Below are positions 27,550 through 36,084 of a stretch of DNA of 64,000 nt, one piece after another (positions within the stretch are counted from its first letter, which is position 1; each line of letters starts with the position of its first letter). Source of the stretch: Methanomassiliicoccales archaeon (GTDB lineage Archaea > Thermoplasmatota > Thermoplasmata > Methanomassiliicoccales > UBA472); the NCBI GenBank assembly GCA_035527755.1, contig DATKZX010000002.1:93277-157276 (forward strand), read 5' to 3'. Both the position numbers and the translations under genes were made by a program. The notes under the pieces are model-generated. The model was not told the DNA's origin. It saw only the letters and a list, made by a program, of their open reading frames with translations, and made no database searches.

Positions 27550-29400
27550 CCATAGGTCGATGGTCACCAGGTAGGTGTCTTCCACCAAACGCGTTTCCAC
27601 CTTTAGACCGGTCCTGTAGAACAGGTCGAGCATGCGCATGTTCTCAGCCAACAGTTCCGCGGTCAAGGCCTTGATCTTGCGATCGCGGGCGATGCCGATC
27701 ATCATTTCCATGAGCAGGGTGCCGATCCGTTTGTTCTGCCATCGGTCCAGGACGGCAAACGATATCTCCGCGGTGTTGCTCTTCTTGTCCATGTCGTACA
27801 TGGCGAACGCCGCCATGGACCATACGCCCTCCTCGTTGACGAAGCCGCCCATGGTCATCCGTGTGTCGTAGTCTATGTTGACGATCCTTTGCAGCTCTCG
27901 GTGAGGCATGCTGCGCTTCAGGCCCATGAACCTGTTGTAGACCGTGTCCTTGGACAACGAGTAGAACATCTCCTTGAGCATCGGTTCGTCCGTTGGCTTC
28001 GCCGGTCGGAAGTACATCTCCTGGCCGGCCACCAATTTGATCACTTCGTACTGCTCGGGGTATACGCCCACATATCCGGCGTCCGTCTGGTCCTGGTAGA
28101 CGTAATGCAGCGATTTGGCATGCATGAGCAGTTCCGCTCGGAACCGGGGGTGGGATATGCCTATGAGCGCCAAGGCCCGTTCCATGATGTTCTTTCCCCG
28201 CAGATCGGCCACTCCATACTCGGTGACGATGAACTGCACATCGCCCCGGGTGGTGGTCACTCCTCCCCCGGCCGTCAACGTGGGAACGATGCGGGATATG
28301 GTATGGTGCTGCGCCGTGGACGGCAGGGCGATGATGGCCTTACCCCCTTTGGAACGGGAGGCTCCACGCATGAAGTCCGCCTGCCCCCCGATACCGGAAT
28401 AGAAATAATGCCCTATCTGGTCGGTGCACACCTGTCCTGTGAGGTCCACCTCCAAGGCGGAGTTTATGGCTATCATGTCGTTGTTGCGGGAGATCTTACA
28501 GGGATCATTGGCGTATGAGGACGGGTACATCTCGAACATCTCGTTCCCGTCGATGAAATCGTAGAGACGCTTGGTGCCCATGCAGAAGGAGGCCACCACC
28601 TTGCCCGGGTGGAAGACCTTGCGCTTCCCGTTGATGACCCCTTTCTCCACCAGTTCGATGATCCCATCGGAGAACATCTCGGTGTGCACTCCCAGGTCCT
28701 TCTTTTCCCCCAAGTACTTGAGTATGGCGTCGGGAATATGTCCGTAACCGACCTGAATGGTATCCCCATCGTGAACAAGCTCGGCCACGTTCTTACCTAT
28801 GCGAGGGGAGACACGCGACGGTTCGTCCTCCATGGCGAACTCCAGCAGTGGCTGGTCGTTCTCCACCAGGTGATCGATCTCCTTTATATGCAAACGGCTG
28901 TCCCCGCCCAGACGGGGCATGTTCGGGTTGACCTCCGCTATGACCACATCAGCGTGCATGGCCGCGGCCATGGTGATGTCCACGGATACGCCCAGATTGC
29001 AATACCCTTCCTGGTCCGGCGGCGAGACCTGGATGAGCGCCACGTCCACCGGCTTGAGGCCGCTGGTAAAGAGCTGTTCGATGTCCGAAAGGTTAACCGG
29101 TGTATAATCGGCCCTTCCTTCGTTGACAGCGTTGCGCATGTTGGGTCCGATGAAGAAGGCGTTCAGGCGGAACTGGTCCATGTACTTCTCCTCGGCGTAG
29201 AACGTCAGTCCTAGCGATAATGCCTGAATGATCTCGCTGTCGATCATGGCATATGACTTGGCCAGGAGCGCTTTGACTAATGCTTGCGGCTCTCCGCAGG
29301 CAGTACCCAGGAAGACCGTCCTTCCAGGACCGATCTTGAGCACTGCCTCCTCAGCGGTCAGTAATTTTTCGCGATATTCCTTTTCCAAGGCCGGGTCCAT
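27541..29400 (-). CDS. fusion protein: acetyl-CoA hydrolase/transferase family (about aa 1-450) plus Pat-type GNAT acetyltransferase (about aa 455-619)
   Basis: N-terminal part: GTACGEPQAL, INSALEVDLTGQV, GIGGQADF. C-terminal part: YFRPAKPTDEPMLKEMFYSLSKDTVYNRFMG..IDYDTRMTM..AEISFAVLDRWQNKRIGTLLM..AELLAENMRMLDLF, which matches the GNAT domain pattern of bacterial protein acetyltransferase Pat. Confidence 0.8.
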   Translation of the reverse strand: MDPALEKEYREKLLTAEEAVLKIGPGRTVFLGTACGEPQALVKALLAKSYAMIDSEIIQALSLGLTFYAEEKYMDQFRLNAFFIGPNMRNAVNEGRADYTPVNLSDIEQLFTSGLKPVDVALIQVSPPDQEGYCNLGVSVDITMAAAMHADVVIAEVNPNMPRLGGDSRLHIKEIDHLVENDQPLLEFAMEDEPSRVSPRIGKNVAELVHDGDTIQVGYGHIPDAILKYLGEKKDLGVHTEMFSDGIIELVEKGVINGKRKVFHPGKVVASFCMGTKRLYDFIDGNEMFEMYPSSYANDPCKISRNNDMIAINSALEVDLTGQVCTDQIGHYFYSGIGGQADFMRGASRSKGGKAIIALPSTAQHHTISRIVPTLTAGGGVTTTRGDVQFIVTEYGVADLRGKNIMERALALIGISHPRFRAELLMHAKSLHYVYQDQTDAGYVGVYPEQYEVIKLVAGQEMYFRPAKPTDEPMLKEMFYSLSKDTVYNRFMGLKRSMPHRELQRIVNIDYDTRMTMGGFVNEEGVWSMAAFAMYDMDKKSNTAEISFAVLDRWQNKRIGTLLMEMMIGIARDRKIKALTAELLAENMRMLDLFYRTGLKVETRLVEDTYLVTIDLWSK

Positions 29401-29499
29401 CGAGGGTACTAATTAACAATCGCGACATTAAAGGCTTCTGCGTCGTTGGCAGGGTTCGACAGGCAAAGATTTACAAATCGAAGGGGTCATGAACATGAC

Positions 29500-29703
29500 G
29501 TGATCGTCGGACTGCTCGCCTTGCTGATCTTCCTGGCCATGGTGGCCATAGGTATTATCATCCTCGTTCTGGTGATAGGCAGCCTGATCTTGTTCTTCCC
29601 AGCCACCATCGTAGCTCTGGTGGTCCTGCTGCTGACCGGAAGCTGGTTGTTTGCCGGAGCTGCTTTCCTTGTCACCGCTATTATCATGATCGCGCTGAAA
29701 TGA
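29500..29703 (+). CDS. hypothetical small membrane protein (2-3 TM helices)
   Basis: Almost entirely hydrophobic: IVGLLALLIFLAMVAIGIIILVLVIGSLILFF.... The start is uncertain, either TTG 29446 or GTG 29500. Confidence 0.4.
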   Translation: MIVGLLALLIFLAMVAIGIIILVLVIGSLILFFPATIVALVVLLLTGSWLFAGAAFLVTAIIMIALK

Positions 29704-29751
29704 GCAAATGCTTATCTCCGCCCTCCTCCATCATCAGCGGGGTTCTCAAAC

Positions 29752-30018
29752 ATGGAACTGAGCAGCGTCGAGAGAAAAAGGGTGATCAGCAAGGACGGTC
29801 GCGAACTGGGCGTCCTGGCGGGCAGCAAGATCGACACTGTCAAATGGACAGTGATAAGCATCATGGTCAATGTGCCCAAGGAACCGGCCAAGGAGATGGG
29901 TATCAAGAAGAAGCTCTTCAAACCGGTCATCATCAATGTGTCGACCGACCTGATCTCAGTGGTGGGCGATGTCATCCAGCTTAGCCTGGACATGAAGGAG
30001 CTGGCGGAAAAGTTCTGA
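29752..30018 (+). CDS. PRC-barrel domain protein
   Basis: 88 aa. KRVISKDGRELGVLAGSKIDTVKWTVISIMV fits the PRC-barrel pattern. Confidence 0.6.
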   Translation: MELSSVERKRVISKDGRELGVLAGSKIDTVKWTVISIMVNVPKEPAKEMGIKKKLFKPVIINVSTDLISVVGDVIQLSLDMKELAEKF

Positions 30019-30022
30019 GAGC

Positions 30023-30181
30023 TCAATTTTTCTCAGGGATGCGGGGCTTTCCACATTTCCAGCACTTTAGGTCACGGGATATGTTCACTGCGTCGCATTC
30101 ACAGGTCCATGTCCCCTTCATATTGAACGATTCGCAGATGGTGCACTTGCCCTTGCGCGGTTCCGGATCTCCCTCGGCCAT
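30023..30181 (-). CDS. 52-aa zinc-finger protein (CxxC plus RanBP2-type W-x-C-x2-C..C-x2-C finger)
   Basis: Hand translation gives MAEGDPEPRKGKCTICESFNMKGTWTCECDAVNISRDLKCWKCGKPRIPEKN. It is below the ORF-track cutoff. A TATA-like ttttatta lies about 35 nt upstream on the minus strand. Confidence 0.6.
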   Translation of the reverse strand: MAEGDPEPRKGKCTICESFNMKGTWTCECDAVNISRDLKCWKCGKPRIPEKN

Positions 30182-30391
30182 TTTGATCCCTTGATGTTCT
30201 CAGCTCGATGGTAATAAAAGTAACCATTGATAGACGGTCATCAAAAGATCTTAACGTCGAACGTTCTAGCTTTCCTCTCAGCGTGAGAATTTGCGCTGCT
30301 CCCACGATCCATGGGAACCGACCATTGACAATGGTGAACCGCGACAATATGGGACGGTCGAGAGCACATTGGATCGTCTGTCCTCATCGCT

Positions 30392-30913
30392 CTATCGGTC
30401 CACGCCCTTTCTTGAGAGCACGCCTTTTTGATATGGGTGACGCATCGATCTCATCTCGGTGATGTAATCGGCCAGTTCAAGCAGTTCCGGAGGTGCGTAC
30501 CGTCCGGTGAGCACCACCTCCATCCCTTTTTTCCGGTCGCGGACCGCCTCGGCCACTTCCTCCGCGCTCAGCAGACCCAGCTTGATGGCCACGTTGACCT
30601 CGTCCAATACTACGATGTCGTATTGACCGCGATACAATGCGTCCCTGGCCGCCTCCAACCCCTCCGCCGCTCGGTCCAGGTCCGCTTGGGTGACCGCCTG
30701 GGAGAACACCAGGCAGTCGTGGCCTGAGGGCATTACCGTCAGACCGGGGATGTCCAAGAAGTTCTCACCGTAGGTACCTCCTGTCTTCATGAACTGGATG
30801 ATGAGGGCGGTATAACCATGGCCCAATGCTCGAACGCACATTCCCAGAGCGGCGGTGGTCTTTCCCTTTCCGTCGCCGGTGTAGACATGCACCAGCCCCA
30901 AGTGCTGCTCCAT
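30392..30913 (-). CDS. cobA: cob(I)yrinic acid a,c-diamide adenosyltransferase (CobA/CobO/BtuR type)
   Basis: VHVYTGDGKGKTTAALG P-loop, VVLDEVNVAIKLGLL, VLTGRYAPPELLELADYITEM. Confidence 0.9.
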   Translation of the reverse strand: MEQHLGLVHVYTGDGKGKTTAALGMCVRALGHGYTALIIQFMKTGGTYGENFLDIPGLTVMPSGHDCLVFSQAVTQADLDRAAEGLEAARDALYRGQYDIVVLDEVNVAIKLGLLSAEEVAEAVRDRKKGMEVVLTGRYAPPELLELADYITEMRSMRHPYQKGVLSRKGVDR

Positions 30914-30914
30914 T

Positions 30915-31487
30915 TCAATCCAACTTTTTCAGGAGCCAGGCCATGTTCTGTCCCAGTATCTTGAAGGTGCGCACACCCTCCTCGTCGGAGATGATGTCCC
31001 CTGGTTTCGATGCCGTGCCTACGTTCCAGTAGTTACTGCCCGGGACGATCATCTGGCTGATGAGAAAGAACTTGTTGATCTCGCCGAAGGTCTCCAATGC
31101 TCCCGCGCGACGGTTGATAGCGACGGCCGCCCCCACCTTTCGGCGCAGCATATCATCGTTGCCCCCGACCACAAAACCAGCGCGATCGATGAGCGCCTTG
31201 GTCTGAGCTGACATGTTACCGAAATAGACCGGAGAACCGATGATGATGCCGTTCGCGGACTTCATCTTCTGTACGTACTCATTCAAAAGATCATCATCGA
31301 TCACACATCTCTCGTCCTTGTTCCGCTTGCAAGTACCGCATGCCTTGCAGGGTTTCAGTTCCTCCCGGCATATGTCGATAAGCTCGGTCTCTATCCCTTC
31401 TTTCCTGAGCTCTTCCAGGACCATCATCAACGCCTGGTGGGTGTTGCCGTTCACCCGGGGACTGCCATTGAACGCCACGACCTTCAT
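30915..31487 (-). CDS. isf: iron-sulfur flavoprotein (Isf-type flavodoxin-like FMN protein)
   Basis: MKVVAFNGSPRVNGNT flavodoxin-like start. The compact CKACGTCKRNKDERC (CX2CX2CX7C) motif is typical of Isf. Its stop lies 1 nt before the cobA start. Confidence 0.8.
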   Translation of the reverse strand: MKVVAFNGSPRVNGNTHQALMMVLEELRKEGIETELIDICREELKPCKACGTCKRNKDERCVIDDDLLNEYVQKMKSANGIIIGSPVYFGNMSAQTKALIDRAGFVVGGNDDMLRRKVGAAVAINRRAGALETFGEINKFFLISQMIVPGSNYWNVGTASKPGDIISDEEGVRTFKILGQNMAWLLKKLD

Positions 31488-31596
31488 AATTTTACCTCTT
31501 GGGACCAGATCGCCTCGACCGTATTACCGTTTTTCATTGGGACCGCCCGCCCATGAATTTTTATTCCGCCAACGTTTCAGGTGGACGGTTGCAACC

Positions 31597-32214
31597 ATGA
31601 GCGCTTTGTTGGACGGTCTGATCGCGGGGTACGGCATAGCCATACCTCTGGGTGGGATCTCCGTCCTCATCGTCAATCTAGCCCTGGAAAGAGGATTCCG
31701 CCTCGGATTCATGGCGGGGGCTGGAACGGCCACCATCGATATGATCTGCGCCACCCTGGCCGTCTTCGCTGGCGCCGCCGTGGTAGCATCGATCTCCCCC
31801 TATGCCCAGCCGCTTCAATTGATGAGCGGCCTGGTGCTCATCGCCATGGGCGTGTACGGTCTCTTTCAAATTAGAAAGAGAGGATCAACGGATGAGCATC
31901 CACCCTCTGGAGGTCGGGAGGAGGCGTGGACCACCTATGGCAAGTTCTTGGCCCTCACCATATTGAACCCTTTCACAGTGGCCTACTTCCTGGCGTTGAT
32001 AATCGGAAAGGGATCGACCTGGTCCTTTTCATTGATGGACTGTATTTGGTTCATCGGTGGGGTGACCTTTGCCTCGTTCTCCTGGCAGATCGTTCTAGCG
32101 GGAGTCGGGGCCGTGGTTAGAAAGCACCTTACACCTCGTTTCATGAAAGGCAGCATCATCGTGGGAAACGCCATAGTCATCCTGCTGGGCTTTCAGATCA
32201 TGATCTCGATCTGA
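31597..32214 (+). CDS. LysE/RhtB-family amino-acid exporter
   Basis: MSALLDGLIAGYGIAIPLGGISVLIVN.., 205 aa with 5-6 TM helices. The upstream part of ORF 31240 is an antisense shadow of isf. Confidence 0.75.
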   Translation: MSALLDGLIAGYGIAIPLGGISVLIVNLALERGFRLGFMAGAGTATIDMICATLAVFAGAAVVASISPYAQPLQLMSGLVLIAMGVYGLFQIRKRGSTDEHPPSGGREEAWTTYGKFLALTILNPFTVAYFLALIIGKGSTWSFSLMDCIWFIGGVTFASFSWQIVLAGVGAVVRKHLTPRFMKGSIIVGNAIVILLGFQIMISI

Positions 32215-32350
32215 ACATTTACTGGATGGATGTTTGGCATATATGTCCTGAAAATATCGTTATCTAAAAATTTTGTAAACGGCCATCTTATTCAATTCCG
32301 TACTTTTCTATTATAATAATAAGTTATTGTATTATAAAATTCAATAATGC

Positions 32351-32358
32351 TTATATAT
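32351..32358 (+). promoter_or_regulatory. TATA-like box ttatatat of the trp operon
   Basis: Centred about 29 nt upstream of the trpE ATG (32383), implying a leaderless or very short leader mRNA. No Shine-Dalgarno is present. Confidence 0.55.
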
Positions 32359-32382
32359 GGCCATTAATGTGCACACATCATC

Positions 32383-33705
32383 ATGAAAAGAACCCCTAGG
32401 ACCGTATACGAAGAGGTGGACCTGCGCCTATCCCCGGCCGAGGCCTACGCCAGGTTGAGGAGGGGCAGTGATGCCTCTTTCCTCCTGGAGAGCGCTGAAG
32501 GGTCCTCCCGCACCGTAGCCTATTCGTTCCTGGGCGCCTCCCCTGTGAAGATATTGCGAGGGGAGGGAGAACATCAGGGATTGGACCAGGTGCGGGAGGT
32601 CATGGCCGCGAGAGCGGGTGTGCCCTCCCCTTTCCCGTTCATGGGCGGGTTGGTAGGATATTTCTCCTACCATTTGGTCAATTCGTTCGAGGAAGGTTTG
32701 GACCTCAGTTCCGGAGGTTTCCCCAGCTATGAGCTCGGACTTTACGATAGAGGGTTGATCTATGATCATTCCGCGTTCAAGGTCTACTACTTTCACCCCG
32801 AGGGAGAAAAGGACGCCCCCCCATTGTTCGAGAACGACGGAGCGTTGACGGAGGATGAGTTCAGGCTGGAGGAGAGGTCGTCCGCTACGTTGCAGCAGGA
32901 TTACGAGCATGGGGTGCGCAACATCAAGGGAAGGATATTGGACGGAGAGGCCTTCCAAGTGGTGCTTTCGGGGTTTGAAGAGCACCGGTTCCAGGGAGAT
33001 CCGTTCCAACTATACCTACGCCTGAGGCAGGTCAACCCCTCCCCCTACATGTTCTACTTGGACTTCGGGGAGCGCAAAGTGCTGGGTTCCAGCCCGGAGA
33101 CCCTGGTGACGGTACGGGAGAACGAGGCCACCACCTATCCCATCGCCGGGACCCGACCTCTTGGCTCCGATCTTCTGGAAAGACGTAGCAATCGCCGTGA
33201 GATGTTAGCTGATGAAAAGGAAAGGGCCGAGCACGTGATGCTGGTGGACCTGGCCCGCAACGATCTGGGAAAGGTCTGTGATTACGGCAGCGTGGAGGTG
33301 GCCGATCTCATGAGAGTGGAGGAGTACAGCCACGTGCAGCACATGGTGTCCCGGGTAAGGGGGATCCTCCGTTCCGACCGGGACTCTTTGGACGCGTTCG
33401 CCGCGGTGTTCCCCGCGGGTACGGTGAGCGGGGCACCCAAGCACCGGGCCATGCGGCTCATTGAATCCTTGGAGAGCAGAGGGAGGGGACCATACGCCGG
33501 AGCGGTCGGCTACATCTCGGACCAGGGGGACCTGGACACCGCCATCACCATTCGCTCCGCGTTCGTCAATGGCGATCACATCTATCTGCAGGCCGGAGCG
33601 GGCATCGTCATGGACTCGGTGCCGGAAAGGGAATATCAGGAGTGCGTGAGCAAACTGGGGGCGGTGCATCGGTCCCTCAACATGTGTGCGGGGGGAAGGA
33701 CATGA
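32383..33705 (+). CDS. trpE: anthranilate synthase component I
   Basis: 440 aa with SPYMFYLDFGE, GSSPE, LLERR..EHVMLVDLARND and GGAVGY-type motifs. Confidence 0.93.
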   Translation: MKRTPRTVYEEVDLRLSPAEAYARLRRGSDASFLLESAEGSSRTVAYSFLGASPVKILRGEGEHQGLDQVREVMAARAGVPSPFPFMGGLVGYFSYHLVNSFEEGLDLSSGGFPSYELGLYDRGLIYDHSAFKVYYFHPEGEKDAPPLFENDGALTEDEFRLEERSSATLQQDYEHGVRNIKGRILDGEAFQVVLSGFEEHRFQGDPFQLYLRLRQVNPSPYMFYLDFGERKVLGSSPETLVTVRENEATTYPIAGTRPLGSDLLERRSNRREMLADEKERAEHVMLVDLARNDLGKVCDYGSVEVADLMRVEEYSHVQHMVSRVRGILRSDRDSLDAFAAVFPAGTVSGAPKHRAMRLIESLESRGRGPYAGAVGYISDQGDLDTAITIRSAFVNGDHIYLQAGAGIVMDSVPEREYQECVSKLGAVHRSLNMCAGGRT

Positions 33706-34289
33706 GACCACGGGTGCTGCTCATAGACAATTATGACTCGTTCGTCTACAACCTGGCGCACTCATTGGCCATGGCCGGGGGGGAACCGGTGGTGTTGAGG
33801 AACGATCGATTGGACCTCGTTTCCGCCAGGTCCGAATATCAAGGCATAGTCATCTCGCCCGGGCCTGGACACCCGGCCAATATCGGCGATTTCGGCAGCT
33901 GCGGAGAGGTGCTCAGGAAGCTTTCACCCACCATCCCCACCTTAGGCGTCTGTCTAGGGCACCAGGGTATCGCCCAGGTATTCGGCGGAACCGTCCTTCG
34001 CGCTCCCACGCCCATGCATGGCAAGGTCTCAGAGATACGACACGACCGGGAGGGAATATTCCGAGGACTGCCCTCCCCCTTGAAGGTGGGAAGGTATCAC
34101 TCCCTATGCGTACGGGAAGACGACCTTCCCTCGGAGATCGTGGTCACGGCGCGCAGCGAGGACGGTACGGTCATGGGACTGCGCCATCGTTCCTATCCCA
34201 TCGAAGGGGTGCAGTTCCATCCAGAATCATTGCTGACCGAAAGAGGACAGGAGCTGATCGACAACTTTGTTTCCTCATTGGGAGGATGA
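33702..34289 (+). CDS. trpG: anthranilate synthase component II (glutamine amidotransferase)
   Basis: VLLIDNYDSFVYNL, GVCLGHQ and HPES motifs. ATGA overlap with trpE. Confidence 0.92.
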   Translation: MRPRVLLIDNYDSFVYNLAHSLAMAGGEPVVLRNDRLDLVSARSEYQGIVISPGPGHPANIGDFGSCGEVLRKLSPTIPTLGVCLGHQGIAQVFGGTVLRAPTPMHGKVSEIRHDREGIFRGLPSPLKVGRYHSLCVREDDLPSEIVVTARSEDGTVMGLRHRSYPIEGVQFHPESLLTERGQELIDNFVSSLGG

Positions 34290-35287
34290 CCATGTCCCAG
34301 ACCGAGCGTCTTTTCCAAGCGCAGAGGTTCGCCACCGAGATCTTGAACGGCCGGATGACCGATCAGGTCATCGCCGACCGACTGCAGGATATGGGCCGGC
34401 GGGGGGAGAGCGCCGAGGAGATGCTGGGCATTGCCAATACATTCTACGGCCTCTGCAACCGTCTGTCAACCGTTCACCCCATGGTAATGGACGTTTGCGG
34501 CACCGGGGGTGCGGCGGTCCGCAGCTTCAACGTCAGTACCATCAGCGCCTTCGTCCTGGCGGCGGCCGGTGTGCCCGTGGCCAAGCACGGCAATCGTTCC
34601 TCTCAGGGACGGTGCGGCAGCGCCGACCTGCTGGAGGCCATGGGAGCGGACATATCGCCTGGCCCGGAACGGTCCGCGAAGATGCTGGACAGCATCTCCT
34701 TCACCTTCCTGTTCGCCCCCGCCTATCATCCGGCCATGCGACACGTGGTTAGGGCCAGGCGGCTGGTGTCGGACCGCACCATATTCAACATCATAGGTCC
34801 GCTCATGAACCCCGTGCTCGGTCCCCGAAGACAGTTGATGGGTGTCTGTTCCCCAGAACTACTGGAGACCGTTCCCTCGGTATTGCGGTCCCTGGGAGTG
34901 GACCGGGCCATGATAGTGCACGGTCTTCCGGGCATGGACGAGGTATCTCTCTGCGGAAGTACCTTGGTGGCCGAGCTGAAAGGAGAGGATGTGGAAAGGT
35001 ACGAGATATGTCCGGAGGAGCAGGGACTGAAGCGCTGTCATGAAAACAAGGTCAGGGAACTGACACCTCAGGCCTCGGTCCGCGTCTGCATCGACCTCCT
35101 GCGAGGGAAGGCCAACGAACGGCGGGACATGGTATTGTTCAATTGCGCCTGCGCCCTCTATGTCTTTGGCAGTGCGTCCAGCATAGCTGCGGGCCTTTCC
35201 TTGGCGGAACGGGTCATTGACAGCGGCAATGCCTTCTCCAAGATGCAGCAGTATATCCTGGCCAGCAATGGCGGGGAGGCGGTCTGA
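34286..35287 (+). CDS. trpD: anthranilate phosphoribosyltransferase
   Basis: DVCGTGG, KHGNRS, GSADLLEALG-like and NIIGPL motifs. ATGA overlap with trpG. Confidence 0.9.
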   Translation: MTMSQTERLFQAQRFATEILNGRMTDQVIADRLQDMGRRGESAEEMLGIANTFYGLCNRLSTVHPMVMDVCGTGGAAVRSFNVSTISAFVLAAAGVPVAKHGNRSSQGRCGSADLLEAMGADISPGPERSAKMLDSISFTFLFAPAYHPAMRHVVRARRLVSDRTIFNIIGPLMNPVLGPRRQLMGVCSPELLETVPSVLRSLGVDRAMIVHGLPGMDEVSLCGSTLVAELKGEDVERYEICPEEQGLKRCHENKVRELTPQASVRVCIDLLRGKANERRDMVLFNCACALYVFGSASSIAAGLSLAERVIDSGNAFSKMQQYILASNGGEAV

Positions 35288-36084
35288 TGCTCAGAGGGGT
35301 AGAGGACCGGTTATCGCTCCTGGTCCGCAATGCCCGGGAGCTGGTGGATTGCGGGTTCTATTCCCATCGGTCGACCCGATACGGGAGGGATCAGAACTGC
35401 ATCCGACCCTCATTGGTGAAGGAGGTGAAAGACCGTCCGAACTTCCCCATAGTGGCCGAGGTCAAGCTGGCCTCCCCTACGGCTGGGCGTCTCGGCACAC
35501 ATTTGGCCGAAGAGCTGATCGATGATTACCGTCAGGGCGGGGCGGCGGCATTGTCGGTGCTCACCGAACCCCGGTTCTTTCTGGGCTCCCTGCGCTATCT
35601 CGAGCTGGCCGCCAGGACCGGACTTCCGGTGATGATGAAGGATTTCATCATTGACCAGGTACAGATAGAGACAGCCTCCCGTCTGGGGGCGTCGGCCGTT
35701 TTGCTCATAGAGGGGATATTCGACCGGGAATTGGCCACCGGAAGGGACGCTCTCATCGATAAGGCCCATGAGACCGGAATGGAAGTGGTCCTGGAAGCCT
35801 CGACCTTAACGGAACTAGAAGGGGCGATAGGTAGTAAAGCTGACATCCTGGCCTTCAACCAACGGGACCTGCGCACCTTCCGACAGGGACCGAACGACAC
35901 GGGACCGGCATTGAGCGTGATCGGACGGGACGGCCGACCGGCCATGGTCATGAGCATGATGAACGGTAAGGAGGACGTGCGCCGCATGCGGGACATGGGC
36001 GCCTCCTGCGTACTGATCGGTTCGGCCTTGAGCGGTTCTCCCTGCCCCCGCGACAAGCTGTCCTCCATGAGGATGGTCCGATGA
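35287..36084 (+). CDS. trpC: indole-3-glycerol-phosphate synthase
   Basis: IVAEVKLASP, SVLTEPRFF, MMKDFIIDQVQI and INQRDL-like patterns. Confidence 0.88.
   Translation: MLRGVEDRLSLLVRNARELVDCGFYSHRSTRYGRDQNCIRPSLVKEVKDRPNFPIVAEVKLASPTAGRLGTHLAEELIDDYRQGGAAALSVLTEPRFFLGSLRYLELAARTGLPVMMKDFIIDQVQIETASRLGASAVLLIEGIFDRELATGRDALIDKAHETGMEVVLEASTLTELEGAIGSKADILAFNQRDLRTFRQGPNDTGPALSVIGRDGRPAMVMSMMNGKEDVRRMRDMGASCVLIGSALSGSPCPRDKLSSMRMVR

Noticed and set aside
30208-30462. The 84-aa + ORF and the 82-aa - ORF (30099..30347) in the cobA / zinc-finger spacer.
   Set aside because: Both overlap better-supported genes (cobA and the 52-aa zinc-finger ORF). Their translations are Arg/Ser-rich with no motifs, start context or Shine-Dalgarno.
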